A stretch of DNA of 64,000 nt from Pseudomonadales bacterium (GCA_022827425.1 JAJDSZ010000038.1:32779-96778), one strand, 5' to 3'; counted from the first letter of the stretch, positions 44,910 to 56,698 are shown. Translations and numbers: made by a program. The notes: generated by a model from the sequence alone, not told the origin.

Positions 44910-46007
44910 ATGGACATTCGCAGCCGTTACCAATCAGCGGTGGATGAGGGCGGAATTACCCGTGATCCGGCGCAGGAGGCCGTGGTGCTGGAACTGGGGC
45001 GGCTGGCGGGGGAGCTTGCGCCGCGCTGGTGCCGGCGGCCTTCGCCGCCATGGTCCTGGCTCGGGCTGTCCCCGCGGGGCGCCCCGCCCCGGGGAATGTA
45101 TTTGTGGGGCGGGGTAGGGCGCGGCAAGACTTTCCTGATGGACCTGTTTTTCGATTGCCTGCCGGGCAATTACAAGCTGCGGGCGCATTTCCACGCTTTC
45201 ATGCAGCGCGTGCACCGGCGGCTCGCGGCCCTGAAGGGAGTGCGGGACCCACTCGATACCGTGGCGGACGAACTTGCCCTCGAAACCGGAATCATCTGCT
45301 TTGACGAGTTTTATGTCTCCGACATTGGCGATGCCATGCTGCTTGGCGGATTGCTGGATGCGCTGTTCCGGCGCAGGGTGATTCTGGTGGCGACTTCCAA
45401 CATTCCCCCGGCCAGGTTGTATGAAAACGGACTGCAGCGCGAACGGTTCCTGCCTGCCATCGGCCTGCTTGAGCAACGCTGCGCGGTGGTGGAGTTGGCC
45501 TCGGAAGTGGACTATCGCCTGCGCAGCCTTGAGCAGGCCACGCTCTATCACCATCCGGTCACGGCCGAAACCGAATCCCTGCTGCGGGGGAATTTCCACG
45601 AACTGGCCACCGGCGCCGCCAGTGTCGTCAGCCATGGAAGCATCGCGATTCAGGAGCGTGAAATCGCCGTGCGGCTGATGACCCAGGATGTGGTCTGGTT
45701 CGATTTCAGGGCAATCTGCGAAGGGCCCCGTAGCGCGGCGGATTATGTGGAGATCGCCAGAATATTCCACGCAGTGATCATCAGCGACGTGCCCGCCCTC
45801 GACGACCGCGGCCTTGACGGCATCCGGCGCTTCATCAATCTCATTGACGCCTTCTACGACAGCCGGGTAAAGCTGATTGTCAGCGCCGCGGCGGCTATAC
45901 CGGACCTGTACGCGGGAACCCGTCTCGCCGCCGAATTCGAGCGCACCCGCTCACGCCTGCTGGAAATGCAGTCGAGGGACTATCTCAGCGTCGAGCACCG
46001 GGCCTGA
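44910..46007 (+). CDS. zapE: Cell division protein ZapE (AFG1-like ATPase)
   Basis: Walker A motif GGVGRGKTFLMD. ATG at 44910. Confidence 0.9.
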   Translation: MDIRSRYQSAVDEGGITRDPAQEAVVLELGRLAGELAPRWCRRPSPPWSWLGLSPRGAPPRGMYLWGGVGRGKTFLMDLFFDCLPGNYKLRAHFHAFMQRVHRRLAALKGVRDPLDTVADELALETGIICFDEFYVSDIGDAMLLGGLLDALFRRRVILVATSNIPPARLYENGLQRERFLPAIGLLEQRCAVVELASEVDYRLRSLEQATLYHHPVTAETESLLRGNFHELATGAASVVSHGSIAIQEREIAVRLMTQDVVWFDFRAICEGPRSAADYVEIARIFHAVIISDVPALDDRGLDGIRRFINLIDAFYDSRVKLIVSAAAAIPDLYAGTRLAAEFERTRSRLLEMQSRDYLSVEHRA

Positions 46008-46108
46008 GAGCGCAAGGCCGCGAACGTCCTTGTCCGCGTAACCATGCTCAAGAGTCATCCGCCATTTTTGCGCGAGTAGTTGACTGCGCCGTTCGCGTAA
46101 CCATGCCC

Positions 46109-47071
46109 TCAGCTTTCCCGGCGCTGGATGCGGATTGAGCCGCCGGAGGTTTTCAGGGTGAGTTCGGGGCCGCCGCCGTTCAGCGCGTGCTCGAGTTCGC
46201 GGCCCCGCTCTTCCGCGCTGGCTTCGGGGAAATCGGAATGAATCCGCCCGCCGGAAGTTTGCGCGGAGATATCGGCGCGGAAATCGCCGGGCAAACGCAC
46301 CGTGACGCTGCCCCCGGAGGTGCGCAGTTCGCTGGCGGATTCCGGCTGGCTGGCAAAACCTGCCGTAACCGAGCCGCCGGAAGTCCGGGCATACACCGCG
46401 CCACCGGCATTTTCGATTTCAATGGAGCCGCCCGAAGTGCGGGCCTCGACCCCGGCGCCGGTTTCGGCAATGCGGATGCTGCCTCCCGAGGTTCTGGCGT
46501 CCACAACTCCGGCCATACTGCCAAGCCGGATGCGTCCTCCCGAGGTCTTCGCGGCTACCGGGCCGCTTGCCTGGTCCAGCCGAATCGTGCCCCCGGAAGT
46601 TTCCACGTCCACCGCCCCGTCGACTTCGCCCGCTTCGATGTCACCGCCGGAAGTGCGGACCCTGAATTCTCCCCGCAGCCGGTCGAGCTCCACATCGCCG
46701 CCGCTTGTGCGCAGGTTCAGATGCTGGGTGTAGGGCACACTCAGCATGATTTCAGCATTCGCGTTGTCCATCAGCCCGAACCAGCCCCAGGAGGGGCGGC
46801 CATCGGGTTCGCGCCCGCGAATCGTCACCACGCCGTCCTCCTGTTCGAACTCGAATTCGAGCTGATCGGCTTCCACCGCCGAAAAGGCGATTTCGGGGCG
46901 ATCCCAGGTTTCGACGCTGATCCGGGCCCGCTCCACATCCACCCGCAGCGTGTCGCCCGCCTCCACGGAAAAGCTGCGTTCCATGTCCTGGCCGAACACG
47001 GCCCCCGCGCTTGCCGCCAGCGCCAGCGCGGCGAAGCCGGCGGTACAGTTTCTCACCAGAGCCTGATTCAT
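46109..47071 (-). CDS. DUF4097-family beta-helical repeat protein with a signal peptide
   Basis: It has at least ten TSGG(S/D/T/R)(I/V) repeats. The ATG at 47071 is preceded by GGAGAG. Confidence 0.75.
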   Translation of the reverse strand: MNQALVRNCTAGFAALALAASAGAVFGQDMERSFSVEAGDTLRVDVERARISVETWDRPEIAFSAVEADQLEFEFEQEDGVVTIRGREPDGRPSWGWFGLMDNANAEIMLSVPYTQHLNLRTSGGDVELDRLRGEFRVRTSGGDIEAGEVDGAVDVETSGGTIRLDQASGPVAAKTSGGRIRLGSMAGVVDARTSGGSIRIAETGAGVEARTSGGSIEIENAGGAVYARTSGGSVTAGFASQPESASELRTSGGSVTVRLPGDFRADISAQTSGGRIHSDFPEASAEERGRELEHALNGGGPELTLKTSGGSIRIQRRES

Positions 47072-47195
47072 GGGTCTCTCCAAAAATTGTGCCGGCATGG
47101 CCGGCGTATCGTTCCCCCCGGCATCGCCCGAGCAAGCCCCGCAACGATGCCATTCAACACATACAACGTTGCACAGCGGAACTGGTTACAGCCAA

Positions 47196-48386
47196 TTACT
47201 GCAAAGGCTCCATCGCCAGATAATCGCGGATCGCTTCCACCGCCGCATACTGGTGGGCGTGAAACGCCGTGCCCACGGCAGCTTCGGCATTGCCGTGGAA
47301 GGCAATGACAAGCTCATCCTCCGGGTAGATTCGGATCAACTGCCCGAAAATGCCGCGGGCGGCGTAGCCCCGGCCCTCGAATAGCCACCACAGGTAGCCA
47401 TAGCCTTCGAAAGCGTCCGACGGTGCGGTGGATTCGGCCATCCAGCCCGCCGGAAGCACGCGCTCGCCGTTGGGCAGGCGCCCGCCGCGCAGCGCGAATT
47501 GCCCGATGCGGGCGTAATCGCGCAGTGAAGCCTGGATGCAGCAGCCGCCGAGTTCGCCGCCGCCGGGCGAACCAAGCGACCACCAGGCATCGTGCTCCAT
47601 GCCGAAAGGCTGCCAGATCTTGCGGCCGAGGTAGGTGGAGGCATTGTTGCCGATCGCGGCCCGCAGAATTTCCCCGGCGAGATTGGTCTCGCCGGTGTTG
47701 TAATTGAAGGTCTCGCCTGGCGCGTCCGCCTTCGGCAGCGTCGCCAGGTAGCCGGCGAGTTGTAGTCCGTTGGCACCGCCGGCCCGCGCCACATCCGAGG
47801 CGGGGTCGGCATAATCCTCGTTCCAGCGAACTCCCGAGGCCATGTTCAGCACGTCGCGGATGCTCGCCTGCTCGTAGCTTGTTCCCCGCAGCCGGGGCAG
47901 GTAATCGACGACTTTCTCATCGACGCTCCCGATAAAACCGTCGGCAATCGCCGCGCCAATCAGCATCGAGGTGACGGACTTGGTCACCGAAAAGGAGATC
48001 CATACGCTGCCCGCGTCGCTTCCCGCCGAATAATCCTCGAACAGCACATCGTCGCCGCGAATGACGATCATTCCCACATGGGCGGGATCGGCCAGGTAAT
48101 CCGCGAGCGAATAGGACCGCCCATCGACTTCATAACGCACATCGCCGAGATCAACAGGCGCCTCGCGCAGGGGCGAGGGCGAGTCGCTTTTCCCGATGCG
48201 CCGGGTCGGAAACAACTCGGCAATGTGGGCAAACCCCACCCGCCGATCCTCCTGGGACCAGAACAGCAGCCCTTCCTGCTCCCCGGTTTCGGCAAGCCGG
48301 CCAAGCACTTCGTCAACCCCGGGCGCAGCCCCCCGCGCCAGGCCGCAAAAGCCAAAAGCCAGCAACAACATCCAAACCCTGAACAT
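47196..48386 (-). CDS. Serine hydrolase of the beta-lactamase/transpeptidase-like superfamily
   Basis: S-x-x-K motif SVTKSV and a signal peptide. I chose the ATG at 48386 (GGGAG with a 6-nt spacing). Confidence 0.85.
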   Translation of the reverse strand: MFRVWMLLLAFGFCGLARGAAPGVDEVLGRLAETGEQEGLLFWSQEDRRVGFAHIAELFPTRRIGKSDSPSPLREAPVDLGDVRYEVDGRSYSLADYLADPAHVGMIVIRGDDVLFEDYSAGSDAGSVWISFSVTKSVTSMLIGAAIADGFIGSVDEKVVDYLPRLRGTSYEQASIRDVLNMASGVRWNEDYADPASDVARAGGANGLQLAGYLATLPKADAPGETFNYNTGETNLAGEILRAAIGNNASTYLGRKIWQPFGMEHDAWWSLGSPGGGELGGCCIQASLRDYARIGQFALRGGRLPNGERVLPAGWMAESTAPSDAFEGYGYLWWLFEGRGYAARGIFGQLIRIYPEDELVIAFHGNAEAAVGTAFHAHQYAAVEAIRDYLAMEPLQ

Positions 48387-48521
48387 CGCCATCTCCCGCC
48401 AAAAACCGCCAGTGTGCCACAAGGCGCGGCGGGGTTGAAACTGCGGTTTTCTCGCCGTCTTGCGCGGAGGGCGGGCATTGGATCTGGGGAATTGTGATTA
48501 GGAAGCCGGCCAATTTTCCGC

Positions 48522-48550
48522 TTGAATCCCATGGATGGCTCGGGTAATAT
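48522..48550 (+). promoter_or_regulatory. Putative sigma-70 promoter of rplM-rpsI
   Basis: TTGAAT, a 17-nt spacer, then TAATAT, ending 36 nt upstream of the rplM ATG. Confidence 0.45.
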
Positions 48551-48585
48551 CCGCGCTCCCTTGAAAACCGCTTAAGAATCGAGTG

Positions 48586-49014
48586 ATGAAGACCTATAGT
48601 GCGCGGCAGGGCGAGGTAGCCCGCAACTGGCTGCTGGTGGATGCCGATGGCCAGACCCTGGGGCGGATGGCGAGCGCCATCGCCGCTCGTCTGCGCGGCA
48701 AGCACAAGGCGGAATTCACGCCGCATGTGGACACCGGCGACTTCGTCGTGGTGATCAATGCCGACAAGGTGCGGGTCACCGGCAGGAAGGCCAGCGACAA
48801 GCTGTACCATTCGCATTCCGGCTATCCCGGCGGGCTGAAGTCGATCTCCTTCGAGCAGTTGCTCGAAAAGTCCCCCGAGCGGGTGGTTCGCCTCGCGGTG
48901 CGCGGCATGATGCCGCGCAACCGGCTGAGCCGGATCATGCTGAAGAAGCTGAAAGTCTACGCCGGCGGCGAGCATCCCCATGCGGCGCAGCAACCGCGAA
49001 CCCTGGAACTGTAA
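48586..49014 (+). CDS. rplM: 50S ribosomal protein L13
   Basis: N-terminus [30 protein letters not shown]. Confidence 0.97.
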   Translation: MKTYSARQGEVARNWLLVDADGQTLGRMASAIAARLRGKHKAEFTPHVDTGDFVVVINADKVRVTGRKASDKLYHSHSGYPGGLKSISFEQLLEKSPERVVRLAVRGMMPRNRLSRIMLKKLKVYAGGEHPHAAQQPRTLEL

Positions 49015-49050
49015 TCCTCCCAGCAACGAATCCCGGAAAGAAGCATCATA

Positions 49051-49443
49051 ATGGAAACCAGTCAGCACTACGGCACCGGCCGCCGCAAGACATCCACCGC
49101 ACGAGTGTATCTGAGCCGCGGCAGCGGCAAAATCGTGATCAACCAGCGCCCCATCGAGACCTACTTCGGTCGCGAAGTGGCGCGCATGATCGTGCGCCAG
49201 CCGCTGGAAGTGGTGGATATGGCGGAGCGTTTCGACATCCGGGTCACCGTGCGCGGCGGCGGCGGTTTCGGCCAGGCCGGGGCCATCCGGCATGGTATAA
49301 CCCGGGCGCTGATCGACTACGACAGTGAACTCAAGCCGACCTTGCGCAAGGCCGGATTCGTATCCCGGGACGCCCGGGAAGTCGAGCGCAAGAAGGTGGG
49401 TTTGCGCAAGGCGCGAAAACGGCCGCAGTACTCCAAGCGCTAG
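49051..49443 (+). CDS. rpsI: 30S ribosomal protein S9
   Basis: 130 aa ending [11 protein letters not shown]. Confidence 0.97.
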   Translation: METSQHYGTGRRKTSTARVYLSRGSGKIVINQRPIETYFGREVARMIVRQPLEVVDMAERFDIRVTVRGGGGFGQAGAIRHGITRALIDYDSELKPTLRKAGFVSRDAREVERKKVGLRKARKRPQYSKR

Positions 49444-49487
49444 AATATCTTTTCCAATGCAAGCTCCTGGCATGGATAACAGCGATT

Positions 49488-49612
49488 TGTCATTCCGCGC
49501 GCAGCGGAGCACTCCGGCTGTCATTCCGCGCGCAGCGAAGCGAAGTCGCGGAATCCCGAGCAATGGCCGCGCATGGAGATTCTGCGACTTCGCGCAGAAT
49601 GACGCAAGGGGC
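49488..49612. repeat. Family-1 cluster (half arm, complete hairpin, spacer, second hairpin: BIME-like)
   Basis: gtcattccgcgcgcagcggagc; gtcattccgcgcgcagcgaagcgaagtcgcggaatc; the spacer ccgagcaatggccgcgcatgg; then agattctgcgacttcgcgcagaatgac. Confidence 0.75.
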
Positions 49613-49674
49613 GACTACGCTCAGTATGACGGGCTAGGCGAATACCCGCGGAACGACCGGACAGGAGGTATGGA

Positions 49675-50268
49675 ATGGCCCGCATGACGGCGCGCAGACG
49701 CTTTCTGGCAGGTTCCACATCAGCGCTGGGGGCGGTGGGCGTGGCCGGCGCGGCGGCGCCCTTGATCGGGTCCTGGAATCCGAGCGCCGAGGCAAGGGCC
49801 GCGGGTGCGCCGGTCCGCATCGACATCGGCAATCTCGCCCCGGGGGAAATGCTCGGCCCGATTCCCGCCTGGCGCGGCAGGCCCATTTTTATTGTCCGGC
49901 GCAGTCCCGAGGCGCTCGAAGCCCTGAACCGCGATCCGGACCGGCTCGCCGATCCCGATTCGGAAGAGCCCGAGCAGCCGGAGTACGCGCAAAACGAATT
50001 CCGTTCGCGCATGCCCGAAATCATGGTGCTCGTCGGCCTTTGCCCGCATCTGTTCTGTTCGCCGACGCCACATATTGAACTGCGCCCCCAGCCTTTCGAC
50101 GCCGAATGGAACGGGGGTTTCTTCTGCCCCTGTCACGGCTCCCGCTTCGATCTCGCGGGCCGGGTCTACAGCGGCTCGCCGGCCTCCCGCAACATGGAAG
50201 TGCCTCCCCACTCCTACGAAGGCGACAATATTCTCGTCATCGGCATCGATGAGGAGAACACGGCATGA
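49675..50268 (+). CDS. petA: Ubiquinol-cytochrome c reductase Rieske iron-sulfur subunit
   Basis: It has a twin-arginine signal (RRRFLAG) and the Rieske boxes CPHLFC and CPCHGS. Confidence 0.93.
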   Translation: MARMTARRRFLAGSTSALGAVGVAGAAAPLIGSWNPSAEARAAGAPVRIDIGNLAPGEMLGPIPAWRGRPIFIVRRSPEALEALNRDPDRLADPDSEEPEQPEYAQNEFRSRMPEIMVLVGLCPHLFCSPTPHIELRPQPFDAEWNGGFFCPCHGSRFDLAGRVYSGSPASRNMEVPPHSYEGDNILVIGIDEENTA

Positions 50269-52373
50269 GCGGAGCAGGCGAGCAGGGAGAGGTTGCGGTG
50301 AACGAAGCGCCGGAATCCGCGGCCGCCGACGGCGCTGGCGAAGCTCGCCCCCCCGGCCGCCTGACGGTCGGATTCATGGGCCTGGTGGGTTGGCTCGACG
50401 CAAGACTTCCCGTGGTCAAGGCCTGGGAAACGCACATGTCGAAGTACCATGCCCCGGCCAATTTCAATTTCTGGTACTTCTTCGGCGTGCTGTCCCTGGC
50501 TGTGCTGGTCATCCAGATTCTTTCCGGGATCTGGCTGACGATGAACTACACCGCGAGCGCCGACGCCGCCTTCGCATCCATCGAATACATCATGCGCGAC
50601 GTGGAATGGGGCTGGCTACTGCGCTACGTTCATTCCACCGGGGCTTCGGCATTCTTTTTCGTGGTATATATGCACATGTTCCGGGGACTGATGTACGGCT
50701 CCTACCAGCGGCCGCGGGAACTCATCTGGATCTTCGGCATGGCCATCTACCTGATTCTGGTGATGGAAGGCTTTCTCGGCTATGTGCTGCCCTGGGGCCA
50801 GATGTCCTACTGGGGCGCCAATGTGATCGTGTCGCTGATCGGCGCCATTCCCGTCATCGGCGAGGATCTGCTGATCTGGGTGCGCGGCGACTATCTCATA
50901 TCCGGGGCGACGCTGAACCGTTTCTTCGCCCTGCACGTGGTGGCCCTGCCGCTGGTGCTGATCGCCCTGGTGGTGCTGCATATCCTGGCGCTGCACGAAG
51001 TGGGATCCAACAACCCCGACGGCATCGAGATCAAGCGGCACAAGGGGCCTGACGGGGTGCCCCTGGACAGCGTTCCGTTCCACCCCTACTACACCCTGTT
51101 CCACGATCTCGGCGGCGTGGTGCTGTTTCTCATCGTGTTCTTCGCGGTGGTCTTTTTCGCGCCGGAGATGGGCGGCTATTTCCTCGAAGTGGCGAATTTC
51201 CAGGAGGCGGATTCGCTCAGGACGCCGGAACACGTGCCCCCGGTCTGGTATTACACGCCTTTCTACTCGATGCTGCGGGCGGTGACCGTGCCGCTGTTCG
51301 GCATCGACGCGAAATTCTGGGGCCTGCTGGTGATGTTCGGCGCCATCGCGATTCTCTTCTTCCTGCCCTGGCTCGACCGCAGCCCGGTGCGCTCGATGCG
51401 CTACAAGGGATGGTACAGCCGCGTGGCGCTGATGCTGTTCGTGGTCAGCTTCTTCATTTTAGGTGTGCTTGGCACCCAGGCGGTAAGCCCCGCCAAGACC
51501 TTGCTGGCCCAGATCATGACCGTGGTCTATTTTGGCTACTTCTTCCTCATGCCCTGGTACACGCGGCGGGAAAAGACGGCCCAGCCGCCGGATCGGATCA
51601 CCGGGCGCTGGATCAGCATTCCACAACTGATCGGCAGCATCGTGCTTATCGCCCTGCTCGTGGTGCTGCCACTGATGCTGGTGTCGGAAAGGGCCGAAGC
51701 CGCCGAAGCCGGCAATCTGGACCTGGACCACGTGGAAACCGATTTCCTGGACAAGCCGTCGCTGCAGCGCGGCTTCAACTACTACATGAACTACTGCGTT
51801 TCCTGCCATGCACTCGGCTACGCCCGCTACGAGCGCACCGCCGACGATCTCGAGATTCCCCCCGAACTCGTGCTGGAAAATCTGGTGTTCGACGATTCCC
51901 TCATCGGCGATCATATCCGCAATTCGCTGGCGGAAGACGACGCCAACGAATGGTTCGGCGTGGCGCCGCCGGATTTGACCCTGATCTCCCGGGTGCGCGG
52001 TCCAGACTGGCTCTACACCTATCTGCGCTCGTTCTACAACGATCCGGTGCGGCCATTCGGCACGAATAACAGCATCTTTCCCAATGTGGGCATGCCCAAT
52101 GTGCTGTATGAATTGCAGGGCGATGTGATTTGCGATGACCACGGCGCCGGGGACCCGATGGAGTGCAGCCTCAGCCATGTGGCGGGCAGCGGCAGCATGG
52201 AGCCCGCGGAATTCGACGCCATGATTGCCGACATGGTGAATTTTCTCCACTACATCGGCGAGCCGATTCGTTACCGGCGCCAGCAGATCGGCGTCTGGGT
52301 CCTGCTTTTTCTGGGCCTGCTGTATGTTTCCGTGGCCCTGATGAGCCGGGAATTCCGCAAGGATTATCACTGA
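50265..52373 (+). CDS. Fused cytochrome b / cytochrome c1 (single 702-aa ORF)
   Basis: The N-terminal two-thirds reads as cytochrome b ([16 protein letters not shown], the PEWYF-equivalent PVWYYTPFY). An internal hydrophobic, signal-like segment ([24 protein letters not shown]) follows. Then comes c1, with CVSCH heme binding, [12 protein letters not shown] and a C-terminal TM anchor. There is no stop or start codon at the junction. ATGA overlaps petA. Confidence 0.9.
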   Translation: MSGAGEQGEVAVNEAPESAAADGAGEARPPGRLTVGFMGLVGWLDARLPVVKAWETHMSKYHAPANFNFWYFFGVLSLAVLVIQILSGIWLTMNYTASADAAFASIEYIMRDVEWGWLLRYVHSTGASAFFFVVYMHMFRGLMYGSYQRPRELIWIFGMAIYLILVMEGFLGYVLPWGQMSYWGANVIVSLIGAIPVIGEDLLIWVRGDYLISGATLNRFFALHVVALPLVLIALVVLHILALHEVGSNNPDGIEIKRHKGPDGVPLDSVPFHPYYTLFHDLGGVVLFLIVFFAVVFFAPEMGGYFLEVANFQEADSLRTPEHVPPVWYYTPFYSMLRAVTVPLFGIDAKFWGLLVMFGAIAILFFLPWLDRSPVRSMRYKGWYSRVALMLFVVSFFILGVLGTQAVSPAKTLLAQIMTVVYFGYFFLMPWYTRREKTAQPPDRITGRWISIPQLIGSIVLIALLVVLPLMLVSERAEAAEAGNLDLDHVETDFLDKPSLQRGFNYYMNYCVSCHALGYARYERTADDLEIPPELVLENLVFDDSLIGDHIRNSLAEDDANEWFGVAPPDLTLISRVRGPDWLYTYLRSFYNDPVRPFGTNNSIFPNVGMPNVLYELQGDVICDDHGAGDPMECSLSHVAGSGSMEPAEFDAMIADMVNFLHYIGEPIRYRRQQIGVWVLLFLGLLYVSVALMSREFRKDYH

Positions 52374-52405
52374 GCGGCGCCCGCAGCGCCCACATGGGGA
52401 AGCCA

Positions 52406-53041
52406 ATGGGAGTTATCGCGAAGCGTTCGTCAATGACCTTTTTTTCCGATCCGGTCAGTCATTACAGCCATCGCGTGCGCATCGTCCTTGCGGAGAAACA
52501 GGTAACCGTCGATCTCATTGACGTGGACGGCGACAACCTGCCTGAAGATCTGGTGGACCTGAACCCCTATAACAGCCTGCCGACCCTGGTCGACCGTGAT
52601 CTTGTGCTCTACGAGTCAGACATCATTATGGAGTATCTCGACGAGCGCTTCCCCCATCCGCCGCTGTTCCCGGTGTACCCCGTGGCCCGGGCGCAAAGCC
52701 GGCTGTGGATGTACCGGGTGCGGCGCGAATGGTGCGCCCTGGTGGACCCGCTGCTCGCCAATGAAGGCGACGACGGGGAACTCGAAGCCATGCGCGGCAA
52801 GCTGCGCGACAGCCTGATCGCCACCGCGCCGATCTTTGGCGAAAAGCCTTTCTTCATGAGCGACGAATTCACCATTGTGGACTGCTGCGTCACGCCGATT
52901 CTGTGGCGGTTGCCGGTGATGGGAATCGAGTTGCCGGAAAACCGCGGCACAAAGCCGCTGATCGAATACCGCGAAAGGCTTTTCAACCGCGATTCTGTCA
53001 AGGCGAGCCTGTCGGAGCTTGAGCGGGAAATGTCCGCGTAA
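52406..53041 (+). CDS. sspA: Stringent starvation protein A
   Basis: It runs close to E. coli SspA throughout ([32 protein letters not shown]). The ATG at 52406 gives [13 protein letters not shown]. Confidence 0.92.
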   Translation: MGVIAKRSSMTFFSDPVSHYSHRVRIVLAEKQVTVDLIDVDGDNLPEDLVDLNPYNSLPTLVDRDLVLYESDIIMEYLDERFPHPPLFPVYPVARAQSRLWMYRVRREWCALVDPLLANEGDDGELEAMRGKLRDSLIATAPIFGEKPFFMSDEFTIVDCCVTPILWRLPVMGIELPENRGTKPLIEYRERLFNRDSVKASLSELEREMSA

Positions 53042-53082
53042 ACGCACCCGGAAGCCTGTGCAACCCGGGAACCGGGGCGCGT

Positions 53083-54323
<1,241 letters not shown>

Positions 54324-54550
54324 TTAAGTACTCTCTGAAAAACTCCCTCCCTGGAGTTTTTCATTATCGCAAAACAAAAGCGTGGTTTTGTTTTGCTTGC
54401 GAATTCAATGGCTTACTCCAGTCATGGAGCATAGCTTCGCGCCGTTGCGGCCGCGCTCGAAGCCGCGCTTCGAAAACGCTTGCCTTCACCCATCGAATTC
54501 GGCGGCACATCCTTGTGCCGCAGGGAAGCTCTGACTTGATCAGAGCTTCC
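54324..54550. repeat. Family-2 repeat, full-length copy
   Basis: It aligns end to end with 23942-24176. It lies between diaA and yraN and abuts the yraN stop. Confidence 0.8.
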
Positions 54551-54916
54551 TTAAAACGCATCGCGAATCCATTCGAGCCGGTCCGCGCCCTTGGGTCCAT
54601 AGCCGGTAATCGCCACCACATCGAAACGGCAGGCCTTGTGCTGCCAGTTTCTGGCATTGAGGAACCAGGCCGCGGCGAGCCGGATCCGGCGCTGTTTGCC
54701 GGGGCCGATGGTCTCCTGGGCGCTGCCGTAGCGGGCGCTTTTGCGGTAGCGCACTTCAACAAAGATCACCGCCCCTTGCCGGTCGCCCATGATGAGATCG
54801 ACTTCCCCGGCGCGGCAGTTGAAATTGGGCTCAATGAGTTTCAGGCCCTTGCCGGAGAGAAAGCGCAGCGCCCGGCGCTCCTGCAAGTGGCCCGCATGCC
54901 GGTTGCTGGCGGGCAT
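54551..54916 (-). CDS. yraN: YraN-family (UPF0102) endonuclease-like protein
   Basis: 121 aa. The text GEVDLIM...VIFVEVRYR is typical of UPF0102. Confidence 0.85.
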   Translation of the reverse strand: MPASNRHAGHLQERRALRFLSGKGLKLIEPNFNCRAGEVDLIMGDRQGAVIFVEVRYRKSARYGSAQETIGPGKQRRIRLAAAWFLNARNWQHKACRFDVVAITGYGPKGADRLEWIRDAF

Positions 54917-54919
54917 GGT

Positions 54920-56698
54920 TCAGGCGCCGGGTTGCGCCAATGGCACGGCGATGCCGTTCTCGAAACGCCCCGGCGTGAGCTGGCGGTGAATCCGGCGGTT
55001 GTCTTCCATGCGCAGCTCTCCCGTGGCGCCGCGCAGGCTGGTTACCTGTCCCTTGCGGAACTGGCCGAGCCGGGGATACAGCCGGAAGCTGTCGATTCCC
55101 ATGGCCTGCAGCCTGCGTTCGGTGCCGCTGGCGGCAAGCGCCGGGTCCTCGTTCAGCCACATCAGGGGAGCATCGGCGAAAATCACTCCGTTGAGGTCGC
55201 GGTTGCTCTCGGGGTTTTCCGCGCCGTCGTAAATCGAGGGCAGGGCGAAAACCGGCAGGTCTTCGGCGTAGTAGAAATCGAGCGCGGGTTTGATCTGCCG
55301 CCCCACCTGGGGGTTTGCCATGAGGAAGATGAAGTCGATATCCTGCCGCCGCCGCGGCGTGAACTCCACGTTCGACCGGGGCAGGATATCGAGCAGCCGG
55401 GAAAGCCGCGCTTCGCTGGCGTCGATATCGAGAATGGTCTTGACCACTTCGGTGAAATCACCTCCGCCGAGATAGGCCGCCCGGGCAACAAACTCACCGC
55501 CCCGGGCCTGCCAGCGCTCGGCGAAGATGTTCTGCAAACGCAGAAAGACATCGTTGGCCGGATAGACCACCGCCGCATTGCGGTGTCCCGACTCAAGGGC
55601 AAGGTCGATGACCGCATCGATTTCATCTTCCGGCGCCAGGGCGAACTGGAAAAGCCTGCCTTCGCCAGTGGGCGGTTCCGCATCGGTGTAGTTCAGCGCC
55701 AGGGTCGGCACCGGCAATTCCCCGGCGGCGAGCAACTGGTTGACCAGGTCCTTGAACAGCGGCCCCACGATCAGGTCGGCGCCGGAATCCACCGCCTGCT
55801 GGTAGAGCGGGCGAATATCGGAGGCGCCGGTGGAATCAAACAGCGAAATGCGCGGTACCTCCCGGGAAACCGCCAGGGCCTCGTAGTAACCCGCGAGAAA
55901 CCCTTGCTGTATCGCCGCGCCGGCCGCTTCGCCCAGGGGCAGCATCAGGGCGATATGGCGCGGCCGTTCGTCCCAGGCCGCCTCAAGCTGGCGCAACTGT
56001 TCCGGCAATTGCCGCGCCGCCGGGTGCTGCTCCCAGGCGCGGCGCCAACTCACCAGAGACTCCAGTTGCCGTGGAATGCTGTGCTCGCCGGAATCCACCA
56101 CCCGGGCAAGCTCGACCCAGCCGCGCAATTCATAGCTCGTGCTCGCGGCGGCCATTTCCTCCAGCTCCCGGGCGCCGCGGCTTTCCAGCGTCGCCCAGAG
56201 CTTGCGGCGCACCTCCTCGCCCGGCTCGCCATCGAGCAAAATGGCCGCCTCGGTCCAGGCGGCAATGGCCTGCCGCGGCTGCTCCACGGCATTGGCCGCA
56301 TCGCCGAGCAGCAGGTAATAGTCGATATACCCTTCTTCCCCCCGCCCCGGCGCCGCGATTTCACGCAGCCGCGCCATGGCCCCGGCGGCATCGTTCGCAG
56401 CCAAGGCGATGCGGGTTCGCAACAGCGCAAGCCGGGTTGCCAGTTCCAGCTCAGGAGGGAACGCAGCGTCCGTAACCGCAGCCGCTTCCGCCAGCCGTCC
56501 TTCTCCAAGCAGCCGCCCGGCCGCCTCCATCCGCAACAAGCCAGCCTCGATACCAGCGGCGGCGTCGGCCCGGGCCAGCAAGACCGCAACAGCGTCCCGC
56601 GCCGGCTCAACCACCGCGGTATCCCGCACCCCGCCGGACCCGCCACAGCCGGCAAAGCCCAGCAGCGCGAGCAAGAACATGAACCGCGACACAGTCAA
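54920..56698 (-). CDS. lpoA: Penicillin-binding protein activator LpoA (LppC family)
   Basis: It has a lipoprotein signal (LLGFAGC), an N-terminal helical-repeat region and a C-terminal periplasmic-binding-like region. It is adjacent to yraN. Confidence 0.75.
   Translation of the reverse strand: MTVSRFMFLLALLGFAGCGGSGGVRDTAVVEPARDAVAVLLARADAAAGIEAGLLRMEAAGRLLGEGRLAEAAAVTDAAFPPELELATRLALLRTRIALAANDAAGAMARLREIAAPGRGEEGYIDYYLLLGDAANAVEQPRQAIAAWTEAAILLDGEPGEEVRRKLWATLESRGARELEEMAAASTSYELRGWVELARVVDSGEHSIPRQLESLVSWRRAWEQHPAARQLPEQLRQLEAAWDERPRHIALMLPLGEAAGAAIQQGFLAGYYEALAVSREVPRISLFDSTGASDIRPLYQQAVDSGADLIVGPLFKDLVNQLLAAGELPVPTLALNYTDAEPPTGEGRLFQFALAPEDEIDAVIDLALESGHRNAAVVYPANDVFLRLQNIFAERWQARGGEFVARAAYLGGGDFTEVVKTILDIDASEARLSRLLDILPRSNVEFTPRRRQDIDFIFLMANPQVGRQIKPALDFYYAEDLPVFALPSIYDGAENPESNRDLNGVIFADAPLMWLNEDPALAASGTERRLQAMGIDSFRLYPRLGQFRKGQVTSLRGATGELRMEDNRRIHRQLTPGRFENGIAVPLAQPGA

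Noticed and set aside
48313-49563. A 416-aa minus-strand ORF across rplM-rpsI
   Set aside because: It is antisense to two ribosomal protein genes, and its N-terminal part is translated from family-1 repeats.
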